Origin: Octopus sinensis
Taxonomy: Eukaryota
Length of the DNA: 64,000 bases
Direction of reading: 5' to 3'
Assembly: GCF_006345805.1 (NCBI RefSeq)
Contig: NC_042998.1
Span: forward strand, 124,682,001 to 124,746,000
The first letter of the stretch is position 1, and each line of letters starts with the position of its first letter. Of this stretch, positions 42,234-56,257 are shown one piece after another. Below the pieces are notes generated by a model. The model was not told the DNA's origin. It saw only the letters and a list, made by a program, of their open reading frames with translations, and searched no databases. The translations under genes were made by a program, and so were the position numbers.

Positions 42234-44074
42234 GCACCTAATCCTCTTCACACTCAAATACACATAATGACGAATATAAGCACCGAAATGCACATATACA
42301 CATTCATATGCTTAAACGTAAATATATGCATGCATATGTACATCTATGACCAACGAGGTAGGAGGAAATGTAACGGACGCTAATGCTTTTGTGACATCAC
42401 CAGTAAAATATCTACCTCCATCGACAAAAGCAATATTTGTTAATGCTACAAAATTTAATTCCCCCGACGTCATTACCTCTACAACCATCATTTATAGCAA
42501 AATATCAGCAATGGCGAACTCTTTCGTTAAATTAGCCTGAACAACAGACAAAAATTGAGCACAAAATTTCGGAGAGGATACATTCTCAACAAAAAAGAGG
42601 ACAAGAAGCTTGCTACTAAGAGTATTATTAGGGTAGAGGCAAGAGGTGCACAGTGACTTAACTATACAGAGTGACATGCAGAATGAAAAAGTGTCTGGGT
42701 CATCTGGTAAACATCTAGTAACTGACTGATTTCGTCCATTGTGCCTGCCGAAAGGGGAGAATCCAGGTCAAATTACTCTGTGAGTGTAACACTAAAAGCT
42801 ATTCTATTTCTCTGGTGACTACTAAAAAGGATTAAAGTGAAGGCGAAGCTGGTGAAAATGCTGCGAGAGAAAAAAAAGCCATCTCGTGACTTGTGATAGA
42901 AAGTAAACGAAAATATTGCAAGCATTGGAATTTTGTTCCAGACCTTAGTACGCTCCGGACATAAATCCTGGATCTAACAGAGCTGCACAAGGGTACCCAG
43001 TTCTTGTTGATAGTGAAAGGAGACGGTTCATGTCTTACGTGTGTAGTATACTAAATACCTACTGTCATTATTTTGACTGTGGTGAACGACAAAAGATGAA
43101 TATCCAAATTGCGCTCAACCCTATAATCAAGTTACAAAAACATTAACAATACAAGCTCCACATCAACTGTAACAACAGCAAAATACCAAAAGTATCAAAA
43201 ATTCCTACAATGGCTACAACAGCGGTAACAGAATTAACAACGGTAACCACAAACGTATGAAGCTTCCTAGAAGAACCAAGAGTAAAGTACAGACACACAT
43301 AAGCATACACAACTTGGCTATTGTCCTAAACTAACACAAAATGATTGTGCTGGCGTCAAGCAAGGCACCAGTACAATCATTAGCAACACTATTACTACCA
43401 TCAAACTCACTCTCTCTCTCTCTGTATGCGCGTGTGTGTGTATATGTGTAATTGTTAAACAGGACGTCAAACATTAAGGCAAGGCAAACATCTCAAGTCA
43501 TATACAATATTATCACAGGAAGAAATTAAAAATCTTGCAGCTATTTCTGGGACATCCTCGAGGATAGGATATTCCGCCATGAGAGACAAGTTGGGGGAAA
43601 ATATGGAAAATGAGGATGGCCTATATCAATAAGATGGTAACATAGAGGAATGGAGTAAAAGAATTAGGAGATGGAAAGAGAGAAGAAAAAAAGAGGCATA
43701 AAAGTTCTTAGTTCAACTTTCCGAAAAAATCAAAGCATGAGTCTTTAGGTGCAATCCTGCGTAGATCCATGACTGTAAATCGTTAGGCGCAATCCTGCGT
43801 ATTTCCATGTGGGTTAAAGTCCTTATATAGTAGACATCCCAAGAAAAAGACGCGAACGTATGAACGTTCAATATCAGAATGGTATCAGATGTAGCTGTTT
43901 ATTGGTAAAAGTAAAGAAAAGAAAAGAAGTAGAAAGTGGGGTGGATAGGGGGGGATAGGGGGCTTTTAAGAATTGGATATATGATAAGGTAATGTCTATA
44001 TGTGTATGGTATCTAAGAATTGTGTTTGGGGTAGCCGCTACAGCACTTACCTAGCGTACCTAGTATATATATAC

Positions 44075-44148
44075 AGTTCAAATTTACAGAAAAACAAAAG
44101 ACGAAGACAGGTTTAAGAACAACAAGTAGGTATATTAGTTTAACACTC
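44075..44148 (-). mobile_element. F1 Penelope-like 3' end fragment
   Basis: agttcaaatttacagaaaaacaaaagacgaagacagg...attagtttaacactc, homologous to 7548-7622; abuts a short (AT)n. Confidence 0.8.
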
Positions 44149-45545
44149 GTGAAAAATGGACAGAGTTCAACGGTCCAACATGGCGATATGTATATATATA
44201 TATATATATATATAATCAGTGGATTAGATTATTAGTAGTCATACTGTATTTAAACAGCTGTGTGTGAGTTGCCGGACGTTTAGCCATCATTTCTACCAGA
44301 TCGGAAGTAGATATCAGTTATGTTTCCATATCGTCGATGCTGTTCATAGTTATATTACCTAGTTCTTATTGTTTTTAATGATGTTATTAGTTGTATTCGT
44401 TTCTGACACAGTTTGCAACGACTAATATCCTGTGAGAAGAAAGTTGGGGAATGGAAAATCTGTATAATGATATCTAAAATGCCGTGCGCTTTTTAGTTAC
44501 GCCCTTTACAATTTCTGTTCAAATTTCACCTAGCCATACACTGTCTTTTAAACATTCTAGGATTGTTAAAATGACTAACGGTCATGTATGGGGCTGAATT
44601 AAATCAACTACAGTAATATCCTAAACTATGTGTGCTTGTACCTTTTGCATTCTTCACATTATCGTACCTTAATTTTATTTTCATTTTATCTTCATTCAGT
44701 CGATCTAAGTTTAAGTCTTATAATCTATTTTATTATTTCATTATTTGAATTCTTGTATATTATTGTTTTCTTTCTAATGTCTTTTGAAATATTTCATTCT
44801 TCTTTTTCTATTCGTCTGCATATCAAGTAATAAAATGTATGACATTTTGATGAAAATTCCATGTTTACAAGTATTTTTAGCCTCGGAAGCAAGCATAAAC
44901 CAATGTGTTCACTCCCTCACTTTCCCTCTCTTTCTCTCTCTCTCCCTCTTTCTTTTTCTCTCTCTTTCTCTCTTTCTCTCCTTCTTTCTCTCTTTTTTTC
45001 TCCTCTCTTACTCTCCTCGCTTGTTCTATCTCTTTTTCTCCATCTCTACGGTTGTCATTTATTCTTTCTCTTTTCTCTTATCGCTTATTTTTCTCCTAGA
45101 TGCTCAAAAATACATAGGCATAGTAACAATACAATTACATACAAGCATGAACATCACACAACATAATTATATATTCAAGAAAATGTTCCAGAGTCATTAA
45201 ACATATACAATATACAGCTCAATCTCCCCGTCTACTCATTTTCCTCCCTTGCAATACAGATACATGGTGGAAATACATTCGCAAATCAGACTCTATGTGC
45301 ACCCAAAGTTTTCACTCGAAGCGTAAAAAATACACAAAATCATACATACACACTCATATACGTGGCATAAAAATATATTCATATGGACACAACGTAGACA
45401 ATAAAAATACAAATTTTTATTTAATTTAATTTAAAATTGATAGTTATATAAATCCATGCTTATATAAACTGCACATGCATAAAACGTCAATATAAACGTA
45501 TAGACGCACACATATAGACACACACTCACACACGCACGCACACAC

Positions 45546-45597
<52 letters not shown>

Positions 45598-45782
45598 ACA
45601 CACACATCAATACATGACATCAAATATCTCCCAATGAAAAGCGATGACATTCAAATGAGAAATAAATGGAGTCAGAACATACATATCTATCTCTACATTA
45701 CTTACATCTAAACTTCGATATAAATATAGTATGCATACACTCCTAAAACACATATACACAAGCACACATAGACTTGTATATA

Positions 45783-45847
<65 letters not shown>

Positions 45848-46116
45848 TAAGTGTATATATATATATGCGTAGGAGTGTACGTGTACATGTATGTATATAT
45901 CTGTATCGATAAATAGATATCAGTGAAATTATTGAAAACATAGACACACGTACGCGCAAATACGTGTAAAAAATATCAAACACACATGTTTATGTATGTA
46001 TATACACATATATATATATATATAATATATATATATATTATATATATATATATATATATTATATATACATATATATATATATATATAATATATATATATA
46101 TATTATATATACATAC

Positions 46117-46197
<81 letters not shown>

Positions 46198-46825
46198 AAC
46201 TTGAACAAAAATAATACAGTGAAAGTAAAGTTAAAAAATTATTATTTCACAGATACTAAAAAGTCACTAACTTTTTATGTTTGTGTAGGGGTGGGAAGTA
46301 TTGCTTTTGATTCACTTAAAAAAGAATCTAATTTCCATATGCAAATTTATAACAAGACATATATTCAGCAGCTAGTTACACAAGAGGCTGTATTGTTTTC
46401 TTTCACTCTTCAAAATAATGAAAACTCCATTAATTTGCAATTTGTATTTTTTTCTCTTTTGTTGTTGTCTGTTTTACTTTTTTCTATGTTATAGTGTTTA
46501 TATCCGTTTCTTTATTTTTTCCTCCAGTATGTTGCATCTGTTGTTACTGCGTTCATATTTTATATTTTTATCCAGTGCGTTGCATCTATCGTTACTGCGT
46601 TCATATTTTACATTCTTTGAAAGTGTCTCAGTTACCGAATTCGGTAAGGGTAGGACTACCGCAAATTGTAGGGACACTTTGCAAGATCGTACTTGAGAGG
46701 GTGCTCTGCACATGCCAGAATTGGTCGTTATCACCATCTATACATTATTGGCATGCTGTTCGATATTGATTGTAAGCAGCACCGTCATCGATAAATGACA
46801 TTACTAGAAATTTTTGTTCCACATA

Positions 46826-47229
46826 GCGCAGGAGTGGCTGTGTGGTAAGTAGCTTGTTTACCAACCGCATGGTTCCGGGTTCAATCCCACTGCGTGGCAC
46901 CTTGGGCAAGTGTCTTCTACTATAGCCTCGGGTCGACCAAAGCCTTGTGAGTGGATTTGAAGACGGAAACTGAAAGAAGCCTGTTGTATATATGTATATG
47001 TATGTGTGTGTTTGTGTGTCTGTGTTTGTCCCCCTAGCATCGCTTGACAACCAATGCTGGTGTGTTTACGTCTCCGTTACTTAGCGGTTCGGCAAAAAAG
47101 AGACCGATAGAATAAGTACTGGGCTTACAAAGAATAAGTCCCGGGGTCGATTTGCTCGACTAAAGGCGGTGCTCCAGCATGGCCGCAGTCAAATGACTGA
47201 AACAAGTAAAAGAGTAAAAGAGTAAGAGT
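46826..47229 (+). mobile_element. Full-length CORE-type tRNA-derived SINE (octopus OR-like)
   Basis: tRNA-like head with A/B boxes, ccttgggcaagtgtctt CORE-like motif, internal (AT)/(GT) linker, tail with (gagtaaaa)n repeats. Family name from recall. Confidence 0.9.
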
Positions 47230-47479
47230 ATACTCTATATATTCTTTATATATGGAAACATATGTCGAGAAGGCTTCACTCATTCTTCATGTTCCATTTA
47301 TTGACGTCTATTTGAAAAAGACTTAGGCAGTTTCATGCTCTCCGGTTAAAATTCGTATCGCTTTATATCAAAATTATGCAATTCTTTATTCACTAATAGC
47401 ATTCATAATGGAGGTGAATATTTCTAGTGGGCAATTGTTGATTATATATTATATAACTTACCAATACTCACGCCATGCT

Positions 47480-48130
47480 GGCTATATTCCTGATGATTTT
47501 CCACCTTAGGCGATTGTCCCAGTTTTCAAACAGGGCAACAAATTGTTGACAGTGAATAACCAACGGATCTCACTTTTCTGTCTTATCATCAAATTATTTG
47601 CTAGGGTAGGAAGATCTCGAGTAACTGACTCCCCAACTAGCATGATTTCGGCAATGTCAGGGATTGCCTAACACGGCTTTTACGTGATTTTGAAAAAAGT
47701 TCCAATGCTGATGTTATACCTTTACTTCAGCCAAGCTCTCGACGTGGTTGATCAAAGCATACTGTTAAAAAAACTGTCCAACATTGGAGTGAATTTCATT
47801 AAAGACATCATTAACGTCTTCAAATACAGCATCATTAGAATTCTCGTAGATGAATATAAGCTTTGAAGGTTATCCACAGAGTAGAAGCCCGGACAAATCG
47901 CCAACCAGATCTAACCGCTCTTATCCAATTAGCAGAAATTCACATGACAGAGCTAAACGAGAATAAATTTGAATTTATTCACTCCACCTCAGGAAGAAGA
48001 CTGCATTGAAGCTAACATATATTCTTCCCTCTAGCGAAAACCTCGTAGCATCAAACACCGCTAGGATTATCTAGTGACGACAACTTGAGACGGATTGACC
48101 TCATAAACAACACAGCTGATATGCCGCACA
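47480..48130 (+). mobile_element. CR1/L2-like LINE RT relic
   Basis: AIVPVFKQGNK...NNQRISL and YLYFSQALDVVDQSILLKKL correspond to decayed ITPIFKKG...NYRPISL and YLDFxKAFDxVDHxILLxKL. Confidence 0.7.
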
Positions 48131-48879
48131 GGGCGTGCTCCTGGAACCCCAGGACGTTCCTGGCAAGAGACGTTCCTACCATTATTGTTCTCGTCACCCT
48201 CTTCACTTCACCTCACTTTGAATATCGTGGCGCACTAAGTTACGGAGATGTAAACAAACCAACACAGACTGGTGGGAGACAAACACAAACACATACACAC
48301 ACACGCACGCACACACACACACATACACATACAGAGTGTCACATAATTAACTATTTCAATGAAATCGGGCTAAGTTCAGAGAACTGACTGAATTTTATGT
48401 TTATTACTTAATTATGATAGCAAAACAAATGAATTTATAAATCCTACGTAAAAACTTAATTGAAAATTTTCAATAATTGCTCGGTTTGTATCCCTGCTAG
48501 GTTTCAAATCTATCCTTAGCATTGCAAAAGACATTTGAAGAATTTCAAGATTTATCTCTTGCACTGCTAAGCAGTGCAAAAGATAAATCTAAGTTCAGCT
48601 AAACTATTGCTCCGTCCTGGGGATGGAGGTTGAGAAAATGATTGCAGCCAAACTTTAAAACAAAAAATAGCTGTTGTGGATAGATATGCAGGATCGAACA
48701 GAAATGAAAATAAAATTATCTTTAGAAATTATAAAAACTATAAAATTATAAACAAAATAAAACTTTATACACTTTTAACACATATTAACGCATGATAAAC
48801 AAAAATAATGAGTTTCTTTTTAAATGTCTTCTTTCACTGAAATAGATAGCTAATTCTGGGATATCCTGTGTATAGGAAC

Positions 48880-49026
48880 GGCCGGCTTTTTTTAGTTTCC
48901 GTCTACTAAAACCTCTCACAAGGCTTTGGTTGAACCGAGGGTATAGTAGGGCAACGCAGTGATACTGAACCCGGAAACATGTAATAGGAGAGCAGACTTC
49001 TTGCCACACACCCACACCTGTGCCTA
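48880..49026 (-). mobile_element. CORE-type SINE 5' fragment
   Basis: Reverse complement begins taggcacaggtgtgggtgtgtggcaagaagtctgc. Confidence 0.75.
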
Positions 49027-49037
49027 TGTATGTATAT

Positions 49038-49235
49038 CTTTTATTCTTTTACGTGTTTCAGTCATTTGACTGTGGTCATGCTGGAGCACCACCTTTCGCC
49101 GAGCAAATCGATTCCAGGACATATCTTTAGCAAGCCTAGTACTTATTCTATCGGTCTCTTTTACTGAACCGCTAAGTTACACACCAACATCGGTTGTTAA
49201 GTGATGGTGGGTGGCAAACACAACACACACATATG
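49038..49235 (-). mobile_element. CORE-type SINE 3' half (probable partner of 50043-50200)
   Basis: Reverse complement of the SINE tail. Confidence 0.85.
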
Positions 49236-49253
49236 CACAAATATATATATATA

Positions 49254-49991
49254 TTTATAAATAAGGATAATATCGATAATATCAAGTGACCAGCATGGGA
49301 AAAAATACCATACAAAGGTAATAATTTTTTACAACTAAAAATAAGGGTGTCTGAGAGACACCACCATGCCGAAATAGCAGTCAAATCCCTGACTCTAAAA
49401 ACCACCTTAAATGTTCATATCGCACCATGATATAAGACAGAGGGACAAAATAGACTAGCAAAAAGATATTACTGAACAATTCAAGATCCTGGATTTCTAG
49501 GTTTGCTTTAAATAAGCTTTGCCGTCATCAGTTGAATATATCAGAGCACATAAATACAAATATATATATGCAGAACGAACGTTATACTTACATATACGAA
49601 CGTCCATACATACATATATATGCACGTATGTACAAGGCCAGTTTAAATTGCCCGCCAAACACCTCGTAAGCACGATATGGTCAAAATAAATACAGCAGTG
49701 AACATAGTGACGAATTATATAAATTTATAAATAAGGATAATATCGATATTTAAATATCGATATTATCAAGTGGCCAGAATGGGGGAAAATACCATACAAA
49801 GGTAATAATTTTTTACAACTAAAAATAAGGGTGTCTGAGTGACGCCACCATGCCGAAATAGCAGTCAAATCCCTGACTCTAAAAACCACCTTAAATGTTC
49901 ATATCGCACCATGAGATAAGACAGAGAGACAAAATAGACTAGCAAAAAGATATTACTGAATAATTTAAGATCCTGGATTTCTAGCTTTGCT

Positions 49992-49995
<4 letters not shown>
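49254..49995 (-). mobile_element. Partial tandem (~1.5 x 484 bp) hammerhead-containing element in (AT)n
   Basis: 49254-49509 and 49724-49991 are ~255 bp direct repeats. The full HHR motif spans the edge of copy 1; only its 3' half is present in copy 2. Confidence 0.7.
49479..49537 (-). ncRNA. Type I hammerhead-like motif, distorted stem II
   Basis: ATTCAA-CTGATGA-cggcaaagcttatttaaagcaaaccta-GAAA-TCCAGGA-TC-TTGAAT. Stem I 6 bp perfect, near-palindromic stem III, AUC triplet. Confidence 0.6.
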
Positions 49996-50042
<47 letters not shown>

Positions 50043-50044
<2 letters not shown>

Positions 50045-50200
50045 GACAGGTTTCTTTCAGTTTCTATCTATCAAATCCACTCACAAGGCCTTGGTCGGCT
50101 CGAGGTTATAGTAGAAGACACGTGCCCAAGGTGCAACTGCGTGGCTTTGAACTCGAAGCTATGTGGTTGGGAAGCAAGCTTCTAACCACATAGCCACGCA
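50043..50200 (-). mobile_element. CORE-type SINE 5' half
   Basis: Reverse complement gives gtggctatgtggttagaagcttgcttcccaaccacatagc...gcaccttgggcacgtgtcttctactataacctcgagccgaccaagg. Confidence 0.85.
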
Positions 50201-50221
50201 TGTGTATGTATATACATATAT

Positions 50222-50252
<31 letters not shown>

Positions 50253-50379
50253 AATATATATATACACACACGTAAATGCACATATGAGTGCGTGTGTCTG
50301 TATATGTGTCTGTGTGTGCGAGCATGTGCGTGTGGTGTAGTATAAATTCCGTCTAAGCGAAACAGGAAAGTCTTGCACC

Positions 50380-51400
50380 GAATAGATCATACTAAGAAAC
50401 CTTATCGAACAATGCCGGGAGTTCTAGATTTTCTTAACTTTAGGAAAGCTATTGGTGGTATCCACTGCGTGACATCGTTGGAAACAGCATGACACCCTTG
50501 TATTTCTGAGAAATACAAATCCGTAAAGTCTGTCTAGCAGTATCCTAGATTTTGAGTTAGGATCAAAGAAGGCACTATGGAAGTGTTTAATGTTTGTTTG
50601 TCAGGGTTGTATTATTTCTTCGTTCATATATTTCGTTATAATCGATTTGATTCTGAAGAAGACAATAAATGATGTACGCTTTGTGATCAGATAAGCAAAC
50701 TTGACTTCGCTGACGACATTCCCGGCGTAGGCCATAGCCCGGAAAACATACAATACATGACGAACATCGTGAAAGAAACATAAAGTTGAAAAGTGCATTA
50801 GCTGCGAGAAGACCAAGAGCTTATCTGATTCTGATGGAGATACTCTGGATTCTCCAGTTACAATCGGCCACCGTAGCCATGAATGTGTCATCCACTTCAT
50901 ATATCTTAAAAGTATCATTTGTAATGATGAGGTGTGGAGATGAATGTAAATAAAGCTTGGCAGACTGTGACAGTTTTTCAGTGACTTAATCTTTCTTGGC
51001 ACAAGCAGATCCTCAGCAATACTGTAAGATGCATTTCTACATGTCCGTCGTAAGTTCATTAGCAAAGTATGTATATGAGGCGTTGAGAAATACGACAAGC
51101 TTATACAGCAATGTAGATGTCTTTTATCTGTGATGCATCACAACCATACTATAGTCTTCGAAGAGCGAAAAATTCACCACGTTATGAAGAAGCGAAACTG
51201 AAAAAACTACGAGACATCGCCAAGAACGGAAGATTTGCAGGACACATTATATGTCTGTCAGAATATATATTCTTAGAAGATTTACAGGAAAAAAGAGTCA
51301 TCTAGAGTGGTGCAAAAAGTGCAGTAAGTGATAAAACCACAGGGAGACAACTCTTAGCTCCATGTCCCACAATGGATAGAAGAAGCTAGCAAAATTGCGT
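50380..51400 (+). mobile_element. RTE-like LINE RT relic
   Basis: cagggttgtattatttct (QGCIIS), IIDLILKKT, cttgacttcgctgacgacatt (LDFADDI), RFAGHI near the 3' end. The 165 aa minus ORF is its antisense frame. Confidence 0.7.
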
Positions 51401-51426
51401 ATGCGGTTGTCTGTGCACGTGCGCGT

Positions 51427-51472
<46 letters not shown>

Positions 51473-52214
51473 TGTGTGTGTGTGCTATACTCGTGCGTGA
51501 GGTACTAGAGTGTTGTGTGTAATATTTCCTTATGAGTTCTTTTGAAACCATCACGATTCTGCTGAAGATCTTATATTCGAATGATATTTCTATAATATAT
51601 ATTCGAAAGTGATATATGGTATGCATAAAGAGAAGCAGAAGCGTTAGAGTCCGGAACTAAATTCCAAGCAGTTTCCTGGAGTTACATTCAACATCCTGAA
51701 TCCAAGTACCTTTGGTGACAGTTTTGCATTTCGTGAACAAAACCTTTAAATACTAAATTTACAATCAGGCATGTACATATGTTCAACAAAACCAAGAATT
51801 TTCTTACAATATTTATGGTTTTGCCTCTAGGCTGATTCAACCTCATGACGGTTATTTTCCATAAATATTTGTAAAATAGCATGTATATTAGAGTCAAGAA
51901 ATCGATAATAGATATCTTGTTAATCAGCGTTTATCTTACTCTTAAGGTTTCTTATTAGTTTAACGTTTTCTCTCCATATAGATTACGCATATGTCATATG
52001 CTTACCTGTCCTACTAATTTATCTCGCATGAGACGAAATCGGTACATGTGAGAATATGTATATTTAATCTGACTATATACATGCATTCACATATATACGT
52101 CTATATGTATATAACTACATATATGTGTGTGTGTATATATGTGTCTGTGTTTGTGTTTTTATGTATATTTGTACGTAAGTACGTACTTATGTATGTATCT
52201 ATTTAAGCATGTAT

Positions 52215-52612
52215 GAATATATGTCATTATTCATTTTTATTTCAAAATGTCTTGCCAATAGAGAAAGAGCCGGTTTCTAACCTAGATCCAAGGCTCCTTC
52301 ATTAGAATTTCAACATCAACAAGCTATTTTTGCATCTATGTATATTATATGAGTAAATTCGTATGTTTTGTTTTATGTATGTATTCTCATGCATATAATT
52401 GCATATCTAGACAAGCTCATATATACTTAAATGATAAACTTTACAGATTTTACAGTTCCAGTGATGGCTTGGAGCTGTAGTCTTCTAATCAGCGTTCTCC
52501 TCTTTTGCTTTCAGAAGCCTAATTTCTCAAGATAAGTATTTAGGCAGTGTGTTACATATTCCAATGCCCTAATAATTACAGCTATGGACCTGAACTTGTA
52601 ATCTGGATAGAG
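52215..52612 (-). mobile_element. RLE-LINE family B, 3' end
   Basis: LYPDYKFRSIAVIIRALEYVTHCLNTYLEKLGF; homologous to 59150-59590; flanked by (TATG)n. Confidence 0.8.
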
Positions 52613-53973
52613 TGTATGTATGTATGTATTTATGTATGTATGTATGTATGTATGTATGTATGTATGTATGTATGTATGTATGTATGTATGTATGTATGTA
52701 TGTATGTAGAGAAATGGAAATGTTGGAACATCCATGGATAGCTATATTCTTTGAAACATAGAGCTAGATTGAGCCATGGTTTGACAAATTTAATGAATAT
52801 GTTAATAGCTAAATACAAGGTAATTTTTCAGTGTATAGACAAATGAAATCCAGTACAGAGCTTTTATATTATTTATAACAACACCAGAGAAATTATTGAT
52901 ATAATTGGCATTGATTGCTGACACTTGAAATCTTAACACACTGAAAGGTTATCTCATATATCAAAAAATTCATCTGACACCATACTTTTTCAATCATCAG
53001 AAATTATTGAATCTTTTGGAACCTGCTGCATTCTATACTGGGAAAGAAATTTCTCCAAGAGATTTTATTTGCATTCTCACGCTTATTCACAGATGTTCAA
53101 AGAAAATTCTTCTATTATTTGAAGTAAATCTTCAATATTCTTATTTCTTTCTCACTGATTAATATTATTTTTGGCCTCTTTTCTGTTTACTTTCTAGTCG
53201 GCAAGAAAACATCGAAATTACTAATTGACTTGTATCGCTGTATTTTACCCAAAATACACATTTTGTGTATACGGTGATTGTTACAGAAAATGATTATTTA
53301 CTTTCAGGATTTAGTTTTGCTTTTAGAATTCAATTTTCTATCGGTCTATTATTTTGTTTTGCGTGATTTTGTTTTTAATATCTTTCATTTCCAACACTTT
53401 TCTTCTTTTAACTGTTTCGTATTTCTTCAATTATATTTTCTAGTTTCCAAGGTATAATTATAAGAATTAAGTTATTTTCTATATTTGATTCTTTCCGTGG
53501 TAATGCGATGTAACGATAGTTGATGGATTTCTTTTATTTTCATTTTCTTTGCATAGCTTTAATCTATAATTCTATAATTGGAAAATATTCTTTCTCAATT
53601 TGTCTATCGTCTGTCGACAGAGGAGTAAACTGAATCAGACACATTTGCAATCTTATAACCAAGCAACACCTCAAATGATTAACTGATAAAAACAATATAA
53701 AGTAATTTAGGCATTTGAATAGAGAATATTGCAAATAATATAACTACAAATTAGAACATTCGCATAAACCTTCATATACGTGATGCATACCAGCTGGTTG
53801 TATATATCAAGAAATAGATTTTATAATAATGCTTATAAATTTTATAATAATGTTCTTATAAACACAATCAAAAATCTGATTTGTTACAGGCACAATGACT
53901 AAAATTCGAGGACGTTTGTATTAATATATAATTCGGTTGTTCCTGTCATGTCTGAAAAGAAAGAATAAACTTC

Positions 53974-54107
53974 GTTGGGTAATGAAATATAAAAAGGAAA
54001 GGGAAAGGTCGCAGGTTGAATGAGTTTGATTATTGGTCTTGTTGGGTAATGAAATATAAAAAGGAAAGGGAAAGGTCGCAGGTTGAATGAGTTTGATTAT
54101 TGGTCTT
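53974..54107. repeat. Perfect 67 bp tandem duplication
   Basis: 53974-54040 is identical to 54041-54107. Confidence 0.95.
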
Positions 54108-54589
54108 GTCAATTATTGAGGAGTAAACAACAATGATTATCAAAGCTATCATAGATGTCATCATTAAGACAGGAAAATTTTGCCGATACAAAAATGCTTA
54201 TTGATCGAACTCGTAACCCCTAATATTAATGCTAATAAGAAAAAATCTCTAATCGGTTGTTGGACCTACAAAACATATTAGTCAGATGTTCTGTAAATCA
54301 CACCCTATTCCCTTAAAAAGAAGACTACACTAAATTATGATAACGCACATATGCTGATGATAATTGTAGTACTCAATCATGTCTGGATTTCGGGGAAAAC
54401 AACGACTAGAAATTGTACCATGGGTTGGAAAAGTATTCTGTATTGACACCTGAGTCTACAAGTAGTTGGCCAAGGAGTCCATAAACGACTGACGCTGTCT
54501 GAGCATTAATAGTGTTGAATTATAAGAAAACTGACTGTAGATGAGTGCGGTAATTTAAGGCTAAAACTCGCTAATATTCAACTAATATT

Positions 54590-54807
54590 GGCTACAATTT
54601 TGGCACAAAGCCAGCTGTTTTGGGGGAAGGAGCTAAGTTCATTATATCGACCCCCATTGACTAACTAGCACTCATTTTGTCAACCCCGAAAGGATGAAAG
54701 GCAAAGTCGACCACGGTGGAATATGAACTCAGATTACAAAGACGAACAAAATGCCGCTAAGCCTTTTTGCCTAGCGTACTAATGATTTTGCTAGCTCGCT
54801 GCCTTAC
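54590..54807 (-). mobile_element. OK-like SINE
   Basis: ccccgaaaggatgaaaggcaaagtcgacc...gaactcag...gctagctcgc matches the reverse complement of the 1961-2214 family. Confidence 0.85.
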
Positions 54808-56189
54808 TTTCCAACCAAATATTGATGCAAACCAGTGTTCACTTAAAACATATTTCACATTAAATATTTCGACTATGTCAATATGATATAACTGGATTTT
54901 AATTCTTTTTCTCAATTTCGTCAAGTATTTTGATTTAGTTTCTTTGGATATTTCTTATTAAAAAGCGATAATGACGGAAAGAAAAGAAGGAATTATTATT
55001 TCATATCAAGATATTTCTTATAATTGTTTAATTTTATTTTAGAAATTCAACTGAAGGGGTTCGATAAGTTATTAACGATTCTGTGAAGCGGTCACTGATA
55101 TAAGACGTTTGCCGCTCGATGAGTCAAATTTTATGGAGAACCAGCTGAAAGTATCAAGTAAAGGAGCAATTGTAAAATGAGGTCGAGAAAGATCTTTAAG
55201 ATCTTTAATTTCAAAGACAAAATATGGAAATATATTCTGAATATAAATTGGAATGAAACTGTGAAAATACTGAAGTAAATGTCTAACACCTAATGTTTGC
55301 ATTACATGCTTCGAAAGAGAAGTCACTTATCATAGCACATGTATAACTTTTTAGGAAAGAATATGAAATATATATGTTAAGTTGATATCGTTATCGTGGA
55401 ACTTGAATCTCCATAGCACCTAACAAAAACTGTAAAAGAAATCGATTGGTTGAACAGATTGTTTCAAACTAGTTCCGAAGGCAGGGAACTGGACAGTTAG
55501 TCAGTAATTAAAAGATAAATATAGCCATAAATTCAACCATAGATTATTTCTTTTAATCTACCCTAACTCGTTATAACACATGTAGAAAACAATGAACCGG
55601 AAAAAGAAAACCTTGAGTGTGATCATTTGCCTAGTAGGCATAGGGAGGTGGTGAGTTAAATCTTGATGCTGAATCAAATGTAATATTTCAAATTACTATT
55701 ATAGGAATGAGGAAGATATGTTATTCAAGAAGTCTACGTCCATTTCACATTCAAATTATGTAGCACAGTTGATCAATAAATTGGTGAAGTAATTAATGAA
55801 AACCTGAACACGTTAACTCGATGTTTCTCTTTAATATGCGTGACATTGCCGTTCAAACTAGATTTGCAGTTAAAATGAAGCATTTTGAGATCGACTGGTT
55901 TCTTAGTTCCCGTATGAAGGAAATTAGAAATAGCTGGAAAGATAGAGAGCAAAGTAATTATTTATAAACTTTTGTTGATTTATCTACTTTGGGAAACTTT
56001 CTCGTTGTTAAAAGTCTAAGAGAAATTCTCGAATAAAGTTACTTCCAGTCTTGCAATTTATTACATCGTTATTTGCAGAACTAAGTATTTAAAATGTTAG
56101 CGCCTTTCTCATAAAGAATTTATAGAAATATGTATAATGTTTGTTTGTATGTTAAGTCTGCATACATACACACACACAAGTATTATGTA

Positions 56190-56257
<68 letters not shown>

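Noticed and set aside
42346-43260. Thr-rich frames suggesting a mucin-like exon
   Set aside because: Better explained as decayed (ACA/CAA) simple repeats and chance ORFs.
43938-43962. G-run cluster (possible G-quadruplex)
   Set aside because: Only three clear G-runs within a purine-rich repeat relic.
46632-46647. Perfect 16 bp palindrome ttaccgaattcggtaa
   Set aside because: Isolated; no partner end or context to assign function.
46826-46910. tRNA-like sequence
   Set aside because: It is a SINE head, with no complete cloverleaf and continuing into SINE body; no true tRNA, rRNA or CRISPR array found.
50601-51098. 165 aa minus ORF
   Set aside because: Antisense frame of the RTE-like RT relic on the plus strand.
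52005-52055. tctc-gcat-gagac-GAAA-tcg-GTA motif
   Set aside because: 3' half looks HHR-like but no CUGANGA core upstream.
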